Assembly (NCBI RefSeq): GCF_009914755.1
Contig: NC_060936.1
DNA length: 64,000 bases
DNA from: the human T2T-CHM13v2.0 reference genome, Homo sapiens
Strand: one strand, 5' to 3'
In this document: piece after piece, positions 1 to 14,905 of the stretch
How the letters are laid out: each line of letters starts with the position of its first letter
Numbering within the stretch: the first letter of the stretch is position 1
Notes under the pieces: generated by a model
Seen by the model: the letters and a program-made list of their open reading frames with translations, nothing else
What the model was told of the DNA's origin: nothing
Database searches by the model: none
Made by a program: the position numbers and the translations under genes

Positions 1-2
1 TG

Positions 3-332
<330 letters not shown>

Positions 333-344
333 TTAAAACTACTG

Positions 345-545
345 TTAATTAGCACTTACTACATGCCAGGTGCTGTGCTAAAAAGTTTACACCCCTTATT
401 TAACTTTACGTTCCTGACAACCGTAAGAAGAGGCACTGTTGTTATCCCTGTTTTACCAAGGTGGGAAACAGGTTCAGGGAGGTTAAGTCACACGGCCAGT
501 AAATGGCACAGTTGGGACTCAAACCCAAGTCTGCCTAAAGCCAAT
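345..545 (-). mobile_element. MIR SINE
   Basis: MIR core-like atccctgttttac...gaaacaggttcagggaggttaagtcac...ggactcaaacccaagtctg. Confidence 0.7.
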
Positions 546-609
546 GAACAGACTTGGGTGTGGGGTTCAGACCATAAATTCGTGTCCATCCATGTTCCAA
601 TTCCAGTGA

Positions 610-1297
<688 letters not shown>

Positions 1298-2132
1298 AGC
1301 CTCTCTGTTGTTGTTTTTGTTGTTTTTGTTTTTGTCCAGAACCCAAAGGGAAAAAAACCTCAAGGGGGCAGCCCTTCCCTTGAGCAGCAGATGCTGGCTC
1401 AGTGGCCAGGCTCTATGCTGAGGACACATTCGGAAACGGCCTGATACTTGCCGTCCGAAGCAGAATTTCAACTTGAGAGAGGCATGTCCCCTTAAGTGGG
1501 TGAGGGGCATTCCAGAATCTTCCAGGCTGGGTGGGGTGGGTACGTGGAATTTGAAGACGCACATTATTACAATTTTTCTATTTGGGAAATGGGAAAAGCA
1601 CTTCGTGGAAATTACCAAACATGAAGTTTGACAGTTCTTGCTTGGGGGAAATACATGTAAGATGTAGCGATTCGGACCTTTCTGGTGATCAAAAGCAGAC
1701 CCGTGTTACACATGGTTGGGGAGCACCGTCTGGCGGGAGAGGCCCCGGTGAACACACAATCCTAGTGTGCGGTGGTGAGGCAGCGGTGGAGGGAGGGAGG
1801 GCAGGCGGGGGTCCTAGAAGGGGAGCCAGGAGGGTCTTTGTGGGCAGCTACGGAAAGTGTCACAGTGGAAGCGACATTTGATAAGGCCTTGAGAGATGGG
1901 TAGGGATTTCTCTGTGGGATAAGGAGGTGCACGGCTATTGCAGGCAGAGGGGCCAGCCTGTGCTCAGAGCAGGCCCACAGAAAAGCCTAGCATGTGGGCA
2001 CAGGAAGGAGGTGGGAGAAAGGGGTTGACAGCTTGCCAGGTGCTTCTGGGAAGGGCTCTGGTTGAATGACCCAGGGATTTAAATGAACTTGATACCTGTT
2101 TTCTAGTTGTCTGATTCAGCATGAGTTCCTGA

Positions 2133-2444
<312 letters not shown>

Positions 2445-3169
2445 TAACCATGGTCCTTACCTGGCCAGTGTCCCTCCCGCACGGCAGGACAGGGACGTGG
2501 CTTCTCTCACTGAGACCTCACCACCTCCCTGTGAGGTGAGAGGTGTCATAGTGGCCATTTTAACATGAGGAAGCTGAGCCCCGAGAGGTCAAATGGCTGG
2601 CCCAGGGCCACACAGCTAGTGCTGGCAGAGTGGGATTTGAACTCAGAGTCTGAGCTTTTCTCTCCTGCTCTCCACCACCTCTGCTCACCCCCATCTTGGC
2701 TCTGTTGGTTTCAAGCGCCCATGGTATGGTAGAAAGAGCTGGAGTCCAGATCTAGAGGGCAGCAGGTTAGATGAACCCTCCCACCTCTGCATTGACTCAG
2801 GCTAGGACAGTGTTCTCCTCTGTATGGTAATGACAGTGCCCTAGGGGTGATTGTCCAGTTTTACCACATGGTTATGAAAGAAACTAAGAGTTTGCTGAGA
2901 AATCCACATTAGGGGGTGTGCCCATTAGACTAGGGCATCTCTCCTCCTACGGGGCCGTCTCCACGGAGGGCGTGTCACCTCTCTGCGTTCCTATTGACCA
3001 CGTGAGTCAGTGAGGCCTGTCCAGACAGGCTTGACCACAGACCATTTCTATCATTAGGAGAATGTTCCTTGAGAAACCACCCAGTGCGCAGAGGTTACGC
3101 AGTTTGTCCCAGGACCAGGAGTTGTGGATGAGGCCCCCAAATGCAGAGCTCTGTCCTCTTCCTGGGCTT

Positions 3170-3330
3170 GTTTTTGTTTTGTTTTGTTTTGTTTTCTGAG
3201 CTTGGTTTTTTGTTTGTTTGTTTGTTTGTTTGTTTGTTTTTTGAGATGGAGTCTCGCTCTGTCACCCAGGCTGGAGTGCAGTGGTGTGATCTTGGCTCAC
3301 TGCAACCTCTGCCTCCAGGTTCAAGTGATT
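3170..3330 (-). mobile_element. Truncated Alu right arm with (TTTG)n tail
   Basis: gagatggagtctcgctctgtcacccagg...tcaagtgatt, then Alu similarity stops. Confidence 0.85.
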
Positions 3331-3889
3331 TTCCACGGGCCAAAGGACTGGCCCTGTCTTTCAAAAGGTGGAGGGTGACTGTGTGTGTGCACTTGCATGT
3401 GTGTGTGTTCTTATGCTGCTTCTAACCATTTCTCCCACCTTCCCCTGAAGGCCAGTCATTCCTTCTCAGAACCCTTAGGGAGAGTAGACCTCCCACCCCA
3501 CCCCACCCCACCACACCCCACCCATCATGTGTTTCTGAGTCGGAAAGGACTGGAGCCCAGTCTCCTTTGAAGACTCAAATCTGAGCCCCCTAAAAAACAA
3601 ACTGTGTAGAGCAGGAGGAAGACTCACATTTGTTGAGAGGGCCAGGCCCTGGGCTAGGTCAGCTGCCTGAGTTACCTTCCCCCGCCTCCATCACTCACTT
3701 CATCCCAGGCACGCTGCCACCTGTTGGTCCCTGGGAAGGGCCAGCCAGCTCTGGTGTGGTTCCAGTGCTGCACAAGTGGTGTGTCTGGAATGCACCCCAC
3801 ACACACACCTTGCCCAGCTGGCTCCCCTTGTCCTTCAGGCACCACCACCCCGCCCCAGCCCCCAGCAATTCAGCCCATCGTACTCTTAC

Positions 3890-4668
3890 AGAAACACCTG
3901 GTTTGTTTTTGTTTTTGTTTTTTTAACTATATTATCATTTATTAAATGTAATTAGGTAGCTCTGGATCCTTGGTCTGTTTTTTTTTTTTCTTTTATTATT
4001 ATTATACTTTAAGTTTTAGGGTACATGTGCACAATGTGCAGGTTAGTTACATATGTATACATGTGCCATGCTGGTGTGCTGCACCCATTAGCTCATCATT
4101 TAGCATTAGGTATATCTCCTAATGCTATCCCTCCCCTCTCCCCCCATCCCACCACAGTCCCCAGAGTGTGATGTTCCCCTTCCTGTGTCCATGTGTTCTC
4201 ATTGTTCAATTCCCACCTATGAGTGAGAATATGCGGTGTTTGGTTTTTTGTTCTTGCGATAGTTTACTGAGAATGATGATTTCCAATTTCATCCATGTCC
4301 CTACAAAGGACATGAACTCATCATTTTTTATGGCTGCATAGTGTTCCATGGTGTATATGTGCCACATTTTCTTAATCCAGTCTATCATTGTTGGACATTT
4401 GGGTGGGTTCCAAGTCTTTGCTATTGTGAATAGTGCTGCAATAAACACACGTGTGCATGTGTCTTTATAGCAGCATGATTTATAGTCCTTTGGGTATATA
4501 CCCAGTAATGGGATGGCTGGGTCAAATGGTATTTCTAATTCTACATCCCTGAGGAATCGCCACACTGACTTCCACAATGGTTGAACTAGTTTACAGTCCC
4601 ACCAACAGTGTAAAAGTGTTCCTATTTCTCCACATCCTCTCCAGCACCTGTTGAGAAACACCTGCTTT
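3890..4668 (-). mobile_element. 5'-truncated L1PA (about PA2-PA4) with 3' transduction and 15-bp TSD
   Basis: L1 3'UTR and ORF2 end at 3978-4653; lacks the Ta ACA diagnostic; TSD AGAAACACCTG(G/C)TTT at 3890-3904 and 4654-4668. Confidence 0.93.
4206..4653 (-). pseudogene. L1 ORF2 C-terminal remnant (Cys-rich CCHC region)
   Basis: RCWRGCGEIGTLLHCWWDCKLVQPLW...HRIFSLIGGN* in ORF 4206..4691; no endonuclease or RT domain present. Confidence 0.9.
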
Positions 4669-5491
4669 GAAGTCACATATTGCAGTGTCATGGATTTGTT
4701 TGTATTTGAATACTGATCGCTTTCTGACCTTCACTTTCTCCATTAGACTCTAAGCTCCAAGAAGTCAGGGACCTTGTCTGTTTTGCTCCCTACTAGGAGC
4801 TTAGTCACAGGCACATAGCAGTTGCTCAATAAATGCTGAATGAATAAGTGAGTGTATCTTGTTGGCACCATTAAGTTAGTAGCTAAGAGCTTGGGCTCCA
4901 AGTCAGCAGATGTGGTCCTGACCCAGCAGTGAGTAGCACTGTGATCTCCAGGATGCTGTTTGACCCATCCAAGCCTCAGTTTCCGTTTCTGTAAGAAACA
5001 GGATAATTATTATACCTTCCCTGTAGGGCACAATTGGGAGGATTATGAACCATTTCTCAATGGTCCATTTGAGAAAGCATTTAGCACAATGTTTGGCACA
5101 TGCTAATCAATAGTATGTTAACTGATGTTAACTCATTATTAATCATAGTCTCACAGCTACCATGTGAGTTGCCAAGTCCGTAAAAATCCTTATTTGGCAG
5201 ATGAAGAAAGAGACTCAGAGCAGGTAGTTGACTTGCTCAGGGCTCACAGCAAGTAAGTGATTGAACCAGGCCCCCAGGCGCTGTGACCCCAGACGGCCTA
5301 TTTTGAGGGGAGCACATCCTATCTCCTGGGCATTACACAAAGCACTTGTGTATTTTTTCCATCTCAATATCCTCAGTGAGATAGACACTATTATCCCTGT
5401 TTTATGGATGAGAAAACAGGGTTTAAGGTGAAGCAGTTGCTCACAGATGCCCAGTGAGTCAGTGATAGGATGGGCTCCAAAAAGGGCTCAC

Positions 5492-5978
<487 letters not shown>

Positions 5979-6393
5979 TCATTTAAACTGTTTGTGAGCC
6001 CACACCTGGTCCATGGAAGGCAGTGAGGCCACGTGCTTGGGAGAGATCCAGACATGGTTGGGACGAGCCTGGCCCCTCCAGGGGTCTCTGGGGCTCCTGG
6101 GATTTGAATTCATAATGATCGTGCTTTGGATCTACTTGCAGGGCCCTGGGAAAGAGTCACACCTCTGCCCGTTCTTCTTAAAGGCAGGCTTGGTTCAGGT
6201 GTGGACGCTTATGCAGAGGTCTGTTATAGTGGCAGTTGCCACCTGCTGCTTGTGGACACCTTGCCATCATTAGACACACATGCAGCTAGCCTCTGAGGAG
6301 GGTGGGGGTTCCAATTCTCCAGGGAAGGATAATGAGGCTCAGAGAGGTTAGATAACAGGCCCAGAGTCACTCAGCTAGTAAGAGGCAATGCAG

Positions 6394-7053
<660 letters not shown>

Positions 7054-7643
7054 TAAAAATTCTTATTACAATGGTAGGTGCCCAAGAGTCTGTGCTGGTT
7101 TGGGAGGAATCGAATCAATGGATTCTGGAAAAAATAGCATTTTCCTATTTTGGGGGGAATGGGGAGAAATCTTGGGGCCCTGTCTCACACCCCCTGAATC
7201 AGAATCTCCGGGGGTGGAACTGGGGCCTGGGAAGCTGCAGCTTCCACGAGCTCCCCAAGAGAGTTGTAGGTTCAGGATGCAGAGCCGTTGCCGTGGAGTT
7301 TGCACACCATCCAGGTGGCCTCCCCTCTGGCAAGAACTCTTGCTTACAGGGCCCAGATGCTGTGTCCTGGGCCCCACCTTCACCATGTGGCTTGTCGGGG
7401 GAAGCTGGACAGTCTGGAGGGAGGGGGACCCAGGAATCCAAGGCCTGGCAAGAGCTTCCTGGTGGGGCTTCGGGGACCTTTTGCCCTCCTGCACCTTTTG
7501 TAACTGAAGCTGGGCTGACTCATTACTTAGCCTCTTTCCTGAATGGGGCAAAATGAACCCAACCCAAAGTTCAACCTCTCTCCCAAGTAGCACAGATATG
7601 TTAGCTTTTCCCACAGCTCTGACCCACTGGTTTTTCTCTTTAG

Positions 7644-7689
7644 GAGGAGCCCTCCGATACCATCAAGGGAAGATTTCATCCTTAAAGAG
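7644..7689 (+). CDS. MVK: MVK exon 7 (c.632-677)
   Basis: tttttctctttag| acceptor, AG|gtaacc donor; 46 bp; GGALRYHQGKISSLKR (absent from the ORF track, translated by hand). Confidence 0.97.
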
Positions 7690-8290
7690 GTAACCTGGGG
7701 GTGGAGCAGCACATTCAGCCATGGCTGCATTGATGTGTGCAGGGGGCAGAGCTCTGCACCTTTGGGAAGTACCATAGGAGGCAGGTGTCCCTGGCTCTTC
7801 ATCCCCCAATGTGGCCCTCACAGTGCACTAGCTGCAAGGAAGCAGGGGTGGTGGGGAAGACCTGCTCTCTCCTTCTCCCCTTCAGCTCTTAAATTGCAGA
7901 GATATCAGAAAGGGAAAGTCATGCATGGCTGTGCCCGTAGACTCTCAGCTGCTCATTCATTCATTCCTGTATTTGCTTAGTAAACAAGAATCCATTACTT
8001 CCTGTGTTCCCGATGATGCTGCACTGGGGCGTAGGAATGGAGAGATGAAGCTTGGGTACAGTTTCCAAGGACTCTCAGTCTGCTTGTGGGGGTGGGGCCA
8101 GACACACACAAAAGCCGCCACAGGACAATGTGAGAGTCACCATGATGGAGGCACACAGGGCAGAGGCAGGATGGAAGCGGGAGGGAGGCTTGGGAGGGGC
8201 TTGGAGCAGAAGTGACATTTGGAGACTCTCAGCCTGTTTTATGTTTCTGTGTCCCTCCCGCTGGAATCATTGGAATCACAAACGTGCATG

Positions 8291-8347
8291 TGCGATTTCA
8301 GCATTCTCTGTTCTGTTTGCGATTTCAGCATCCTCTGTTCTGTTTGC
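8291..8347 (+). repeat. 27-bp tandem duplication
   Basis: tgcgatttcagcat(t/c)ctctgttctgtt twice, one mismatch. Confidence 0.9.
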
Positions 8348-8704
8348 ACCCACGGCAGAATTGTTGGGTGCCTGGAATGAAACGCATGGCAGAGGGGAGC
8401 CAGGTGCCTTTTTGACTGTTCCCTAAGCCCTTGATCAAGTTGTGGGGTGGTGTTTGTCCCAGGGCACTTTGCCACCTCCATGGGCCTTTTCGCATCAGTA
8501 AGGGTCCTGGGGCTCTCTCCTCTTTACTCAGGGCGGTCTTCATGGATGAGTGGCAGGTCCTGGCCTGCAGCCCCCACCAGCTGGGCCACTCCATTAGTGG
8601 CTCAGTAACCTGGCCTGCCACAGCGCCACACCTGGGCCCCCGGCTAGTTCTCTGGGATCTTTCTGTCCCAGCTCAGTCATGCCTCCCTTTCCAAGGCTGT
8701 ACGT

Positions 8705-8895
8705 CAGAGTTGTCAGCATTGGCACTATTGAGATTTGGGGCTGGGTTATTCTTTGTGGTGGGGCCGCCCTGTGCATTGTAGCCATCCCCAGCCCCTACCC
8801 ACTAGATGCCAGTAGCACCCTCAGCGTGGCAATCAAAAACATCTCCAGACATTGCTTAGTGTCCCTTGGGAGGCAGAATCACCCTTGCCGCCGAC
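8705..8895. mobile_element. MER20 (hAT-Charlie MITE)
   Basis: ggcactattgagatttggggc...ctacccactagatgccagtagcac...aaaacatctccagacattgc. Confidence 0.8.
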
Positions 8896-11625
8896 CTTTG
8901 CACTCCGCAGAAGCCAGTAGGAGCGTGGAACAGCTTCCTCGGGTTGCTCCAGCAGTCGTCAGGAGAGCCTCGGGTGCCGAGGTGAAGCTGGTCTGCCACC
9001 GCCCCGGATCCATGTGGAACCAGAGCTGGATCATGTGGGGGAGTCTCAAATGCCCGGGCCCCGGCCTGTCTTCAGGAGCCCACGGTCTGATGGGGAAGGC
9101 GGTCACTGTAATCGTCAGAGAGAAGACACCTGAAGGGTTGTGAAGCTGCTGTGGGTGACAGTGACAGGCGTCTTAGATCTGGCTGCGAGCCTGGGGAATC
9201 ATTCATGGAAGTGGTGGCATTTCATTCCTTCAGTGTCTCCTGAGAGCCACTTGTGGCCTAAGCACTGGACTAGGCCCTGGAGCTAGAAAACTGATGAAGA
9301 CGTGGGCTGGGCACCGAGTGTACGGTCTACTGGGGGCATCAGGAGATGAATGAGGAGGTTTCCAAGGGGGGCGGGCAGGGGAACGGCCAGGGGAATGGCC
9401 AGGCGTTGCTGGTGTGCTGGGCGGAGGCGCTGGGTCCACAGGCCTAGGTTTGAGTCCAGCTCTCCCACTTGCCAGCTGGTGCCCTCAGGTGAGTCACTTC
9501 TCCCAGACCTCCAGCTCCTTGTTTACTTAGGGGGATCTTGAACATACAATCAGAAGCGGTGGCTCTGAAGTGCTTACCTGTTTGCTGGCCGAGTTCATTC
9601 ATCCTTTCCACAAGTATCATTAAGCACCTACTGCGTGCTGAGTACTGGGGCCTCCGCAGGGAACAAAACAAAGCCCCGCCTCCGTGGAACTCATACTTTG
9701 TTGGGAGAGGAGAAAAAATCAGTTGTCTGTGAGAGCATATCAGGCAGTCTTAAGCACCTTTAGGAAACAAGGCAGGGTCAGAGGCTACAAAGAGAAGGAG
9801 GGGTCCGATTGGATGGGGGTTCGGGGGCTGCTGGTGAAGGAACATTGAGCAGAAACCTGAATAAGTCACGCCGCTATGGGGCGGGGCTGGTCCCTGGCAG
9901 AGGAAGCGCGGTGCAAAGGTCCTGAGACGAGCACGCTGCCTGCCGTGTGACACAGTAGCTGGGAGGTCAGAGTGGCTGAGTGGAGTGAGCAGCCTGGGGA
10001 GCGAGGAGAGAAGAAGAGGCTGGGGCAGTGGCCAAGCCCGGATCACAGGAGCGCTTACCAGGCTTACCCCCTGCGTGGTGGCCGCTGGATGGGTATGAGC
10101 CCTGGATCTGGTGGGGCTGGTGACAGGCCTGTCTGCAGAGGACTTGTCTAAGAAAGATGAAGATGCAACACCCAAACTCCTCCCGCCTGGCTAGATGGGA
10201 GCATGGAGCAAACCAACCTTTGCTGCCTGCTGTGGGGTGCCACGGGAGCAGATGGCGGCTTCACAGAGAAGCTGGGGGCCAGACTCCACGTTAATCCCAT
10301 GGATGGCTTAAGGAGCTTCCCCCCACCAACCATGCGTGGTGCCTCTCTGTAAAGAAAAAATGCATTGTTTGTGAAGTGGATCAAGATGCGGCCTCCCAGA
10401 ACGCTGCCCTTTTGAGGAATGGCTTGTCTTAGAAGGGAAGAGAAAAGCCAAATAGAATGTTCATCTTTTGTAAAGTTAAAAAAAAAAAAAAGCCAGCCTC
10501 CAAGGCTGAGAATCGATATTAATTTCATGGGCTTATGGGCAGTGAGATAAAGCAGGTTTCTGGCAGCCCTTTCCAGCCCTATTGGATTTTACAATCTTGA
10601 ACTGTGAAGACAGCGAATAAAGGTATCAAGGGCTCTGCCCGTCTCCAGCTGTCTCGGGCCAGAGCTCATCCAAATCCCCCACCTTCCATCCCAGCCTGCA
10701 GCCCTCTGAAAGGCAGGTTGGATGGCAAGAAATGTCAGCTTGAGCCCTCGAAGACGGCTCACTACAAGGACAGTTGGGATTGTGGCTTTAGGAGGGATTT
10801 ATGCAGCTCCTCTGGGGCAGGTGAGGACCACGGGGTCATGCTAGAGAGTCAGCTCAACGTGGCTGCCTGGGACACGTCTGTGTGCCAGAGGGCAGCCAAG
10901 GGGATGACTGACTCTACATCTGGTTTTAGACCAGGGCTGCTCGTCCGGGCACCATTGAGGTAGGGCAAGAATGGGCTCAGCGTGCTGGGGACCATCCTCC
11001 TCTGCAACCCTGCCCTCCCTGCATTTACGAGCCCGTGCGTGGCACTGCCCGCACCAGCTAGCCTGGGCATCTTCCCTCTGTGTGATCCATTTCAGGGCCT
11101 GTTGCTTGGTCTTTCTAAAACTCCAGCTTCGTGGGGGTGACCCACACAAGTGAACCTTCGCCCCCTCCTTGTACTCTGCTATAGCCACTTTGAATTTCTC
11201 ACTGGATGACTGTGCCGGGTTCCGCCACCTCCAGGCTCACACAGGCTGCTCCAACTGCCAGAAATCCTCACCCTTCTAGCTTTGCTTGGTGGCTTCTTAC
11301 CCTTCCTCAGTTCTCAGTGTCCACGTCATGCCAGAAAAACCTTCTCGGCCCTTCTCCCCTATCCCCTCTCTGGCCCCGGCCCCAAGGCCACGCTGTGCCT
11401 AGCATGTTGTAGGTCCCAGTTGAAGTTGAATGAATAAATGAGTGAAAAGCCAAGGGAGAATGGCCACCCAACCAGTGCCTGGGATGGAGGCGCAGCTGTG
11501 GCCAGCAGCAGAAGCCCCATGCTCCCCCAATCCAGTGTCACCTCTTGTGCCTCCCTTCTTCCTCCGTATCAGGGTGGGCGGCTTCCCGGACTGCTCCCAG
11601 TCCTGTCCCAGCTCCTCCATCTTGA

Positions 11626-11832
<207 letters not shown>

Positions 11833-12130
11833 TGATGGGTTATAGGGGGTGTGGTGGGTGGTGGGGGCCCTTAGGGAGGTGGTTTTGGCAGAAAAGAAGG
11901 TACCGTCCGTGCCCGTAGCCTGGCCAGGAAAATGACAGTGGTCGGGCTCGTTAGACACACTGACTTTGCAGCTGGGAAGGCAAAAAAACAGGCTCAGAAG
12001 AGAGGTGGTTTCCCCAGAGGATGGGCACGGGCTGTGTGAACACCTCCTCCCTCCACCCCACTGCTGGGGCAGCTGTCCTGCATCTGCCTGCCCCCAGGCC
12101 TCACCAGCCGTTCCTTCTTTTTTTCTCCAG

Positions 12131-12247
12131 TTCCCAGAGATCGTGGCCCCCCTCCTGACCTCAATAGATGCCATCTCCCTGGAGTGTGAGCGCGTGCTGG
12201 GAGAGATGGGGGAAGCCCCAGCCCCGGAGCAGTACCTCGTGCTGGAA
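12131..12247 (+). CDS. MVK: MVK exon 9 (c.769-885)
   Basis: Long polypyrimidine tract plus ctccag| acceptor, GAA|gtaaga donor; 117 bp; [39 protein letters not shown]. Confidence 0.99.
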
Positions 12248-12855
12248 GTAAGAGCCTGTCTGCAGGAACCGGGGTTACTGAGTCCACACCACTGTCCAAG
12301 GCAGTGGCTCTGCAATCTGGCTGTGCTCAGAATCCCCCGGAAGCTAGCACATAGAGGTCAGGACCTGCCTCTGGCCTATGCTCTCAGCTGGGCCCAGGTC
12401 TGTGCGTGCCATATAAGCGTATCTTATTTTCAGGCCTCTTCCTGGGTGATTCCGAGTAATTGGGAGAGTGCAAGGGAGGCCAGGGCCTGGCTCGTGCTAA
12501 GTGCAATGGAAACAGGTTTGGGTCACTTCTAAGGAGCTCTGGCCCACGTAGGTAGATGGGGATGTGGCTGATGCAGAGTGCTCTGTCGGTGCAGGGGTGA
12601 CTTCTTGGTCACTCTCCTGCTATTGCTAACTTCATGGGTGCATTCAACAACTACTTGTCAACTGCCTGCTTTGGGTCAGACAGATCCTAACATTGTTTTT
12701 TCATCATTGCAACCCCATCCACTGCCATTTGCATAATTCTAGTGTAGAGGTTGTGACCTGGTACTTTGGGTGTGATCAGGCCTGTGTGTGAATCCCAGCT
12801 CCACTTCTGCTGGACGTGTGGCCTCGCTAGAGTGTCTTAAGAATGCTCAGATTAG

Positions 12856-13120
12856 ACGGGCGCAGTGGCTCACCTGTAGTATTAGCACTTTGGGAGGCCA
12901 AGGCAGGTGGATTGCTTGAGTCCAGGAGTTCGAGACCAGGCTGGGCAATGTGGTGAAACTCTGTCTCTACAAAAAATACAAAAGTTAGCCAGACATGACG
13001 GTACATATCGGTAGTCCCAGCTACTCGAGAGGCTGAGGCAGGAGGATCACTTGAGCCCAGGAGGTCAAGTTTGTAGCCTGGGCGACAGAATGAGACCTTG
13101 TCTCACACACACACAAAAAA
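12856..13120 (+). mobile_element. AluJ-like SINE in intron 9
   Basis: Sense Alu dimer with a deletion in the right arm. Confidence 0.88.
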
Positions 13121-14606
13121 TGCTTGGAGTCTCATGGGTGACACGCAAGCACAATGTCTGGTGTGCTATGAGCTTAGGGAACCAAAGAGCCCAGGCTCCC
13201 CCTGGACACAGTCCACCTGGCCTGGTGAATATGGGCTGTTAGCCATCTGGCTGCCCTTGCAGAATGAGAGGATCGGGTGGCCCCTAGCTGCCGTGGCTGT
13301 GCAGCAGCCGTCAGTGAAGGGACAGGAGAGGGGCGTGCGGTCTCCATGTCACCACAGTCCCTCCCCGCGCCCCGCACTCTGTAGTCATTGCCTGGTGTCT
13401 CCCGGTCCCCCGTGGGCATTCGAGTCTGTAGCCCCTGTGCTGAGTGGAAGCTGCCACTAAAGCAAGCCTTTTACAAATGATTCTTTTCACTTGATCCTCA
13501 CACCCACCTCCCTGTGAAGTAGGTGTCTTATCCCTATTTTACAGATGTAAAAACTGAGGCCTGAAGAGAGACTTCCCCCAAGGTTATCCAGCTAGTGAGT
13601 GGCCGAGCCAGGGGTCCAGCCGACGGACTGGTCTGTCCCTTTATTCAACAGATCTGTCATGAGCACCTACTATGTGCCAGGGCAGCGCCTCCATCGAATT
13701 CCTGTGTTTCGGCCCTCATTCCCTCAGTCTTTGTCTTCCTAGCTCTCAATTCCTTCCACATAGAAAGGAGGGAACACAGTCCCCCCGAGTAGGAAATCAA
13801 TAATGATAGAATACTGCCTAAAATACACCCTGTCGAGTCCCTGGAGAATGCCACAGAACAGCACGTTGATTATACATTGTGTGTATTTTTGGCTGTGGCA
13901 GCCGCTGAAATGTGCAGCTCAGCTCCTGGACAGCTTTGCACTCAAACCAGCGAACTGTTCTCCTGTGTCACAACCTGTCATCTGATCCTTGACAGATTTT
14001 GGATCAGAATGTGACAGGTGTCTGGAACCTGCCTCGGCAACGTGACACCTGGTGCTCAGGCGCAGAGAGCGGCCCCCAGAAGTCTTCTCTCACATCCAGC
14101 CCATCAGGCTGGTGAGAGGCACCCGGGGCTGCCACCAGGCCATCATGCCTGTCTGCTCATTTGTCAAAAATGGTGAGCTTGGCGCAGAGCGAGGTATGAG
14201 GCAGGCTGTTGGGGAGGGCCACTCCAACCCTGCCTGACCGGCCATCCCCATGCGGGAGAGCTAGGTGGGCCTCCGCAGAGATGCCTCAGTGATTGGCAAC
14301 TCCTGGTATACAGGCAATCCAGGTGCCCCGGAACAGAGCTTCACACGGAAGTGAGGAATGCCAGGGGGTGCTCTCAGAGGCAGGGTAGACAGGAGCTTCA
14401 TGTCAGGCAGACCCGCCTTCCAGTGCCAGCTTGGTACCTACTAGCTCAGTGATCGTGGGCAAGTCACTTCTTCTCTGAGCCTCTGTTTCCCCTTTTGTAA
14501 AGTGGGGATGATGCTAACGTACCCATAAAAATACTAACAGCACATATCTCGTGCCAGGCATTGAACAGAAAACTCACCTTGTTTCGTCTCAGGGCAAAGA
14601 AGCAGA

Positions 14607-14905
14607 TTTTTTTTTTTTTTTTTTTTTTTTGAGACAGAGTCATCTTGCTCTGTCACCCAGGCTGGAGTGCAGTGGCACAATCTTGGCTCATTGCATCCTC
14701 CCAGGTTCAAATGATCCTCGTGCCGCAGCCTCCTGAGTAGCTGGGATTACAGGCACACGCCAACATACGTGGCTGATTTTTGTATATTTAGTAGAGATGG
14801 GGTTTCGCCATGTTGGCCAGGCTGGTCTCAAACTCCTGACCTCAAGTGATCCACCCGCCTCGACCTCCCAAAGTGCTGGGATTAAAGACGTGAGCCACCA
14901 CACCC
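14607..14905 (-). mobile_element. Alu SINE in intron 9
   Basis: Long T tail followed by antisense Alu dimer. Confidence 0.9.

Noticed and set aside
7641-7649. TAG GAG GAG tandem acceptor at exon 7 (also TAG GAG at exon 10)
   Set aside because: GAG is rarely used as an acceptor; no evidence of alternative use
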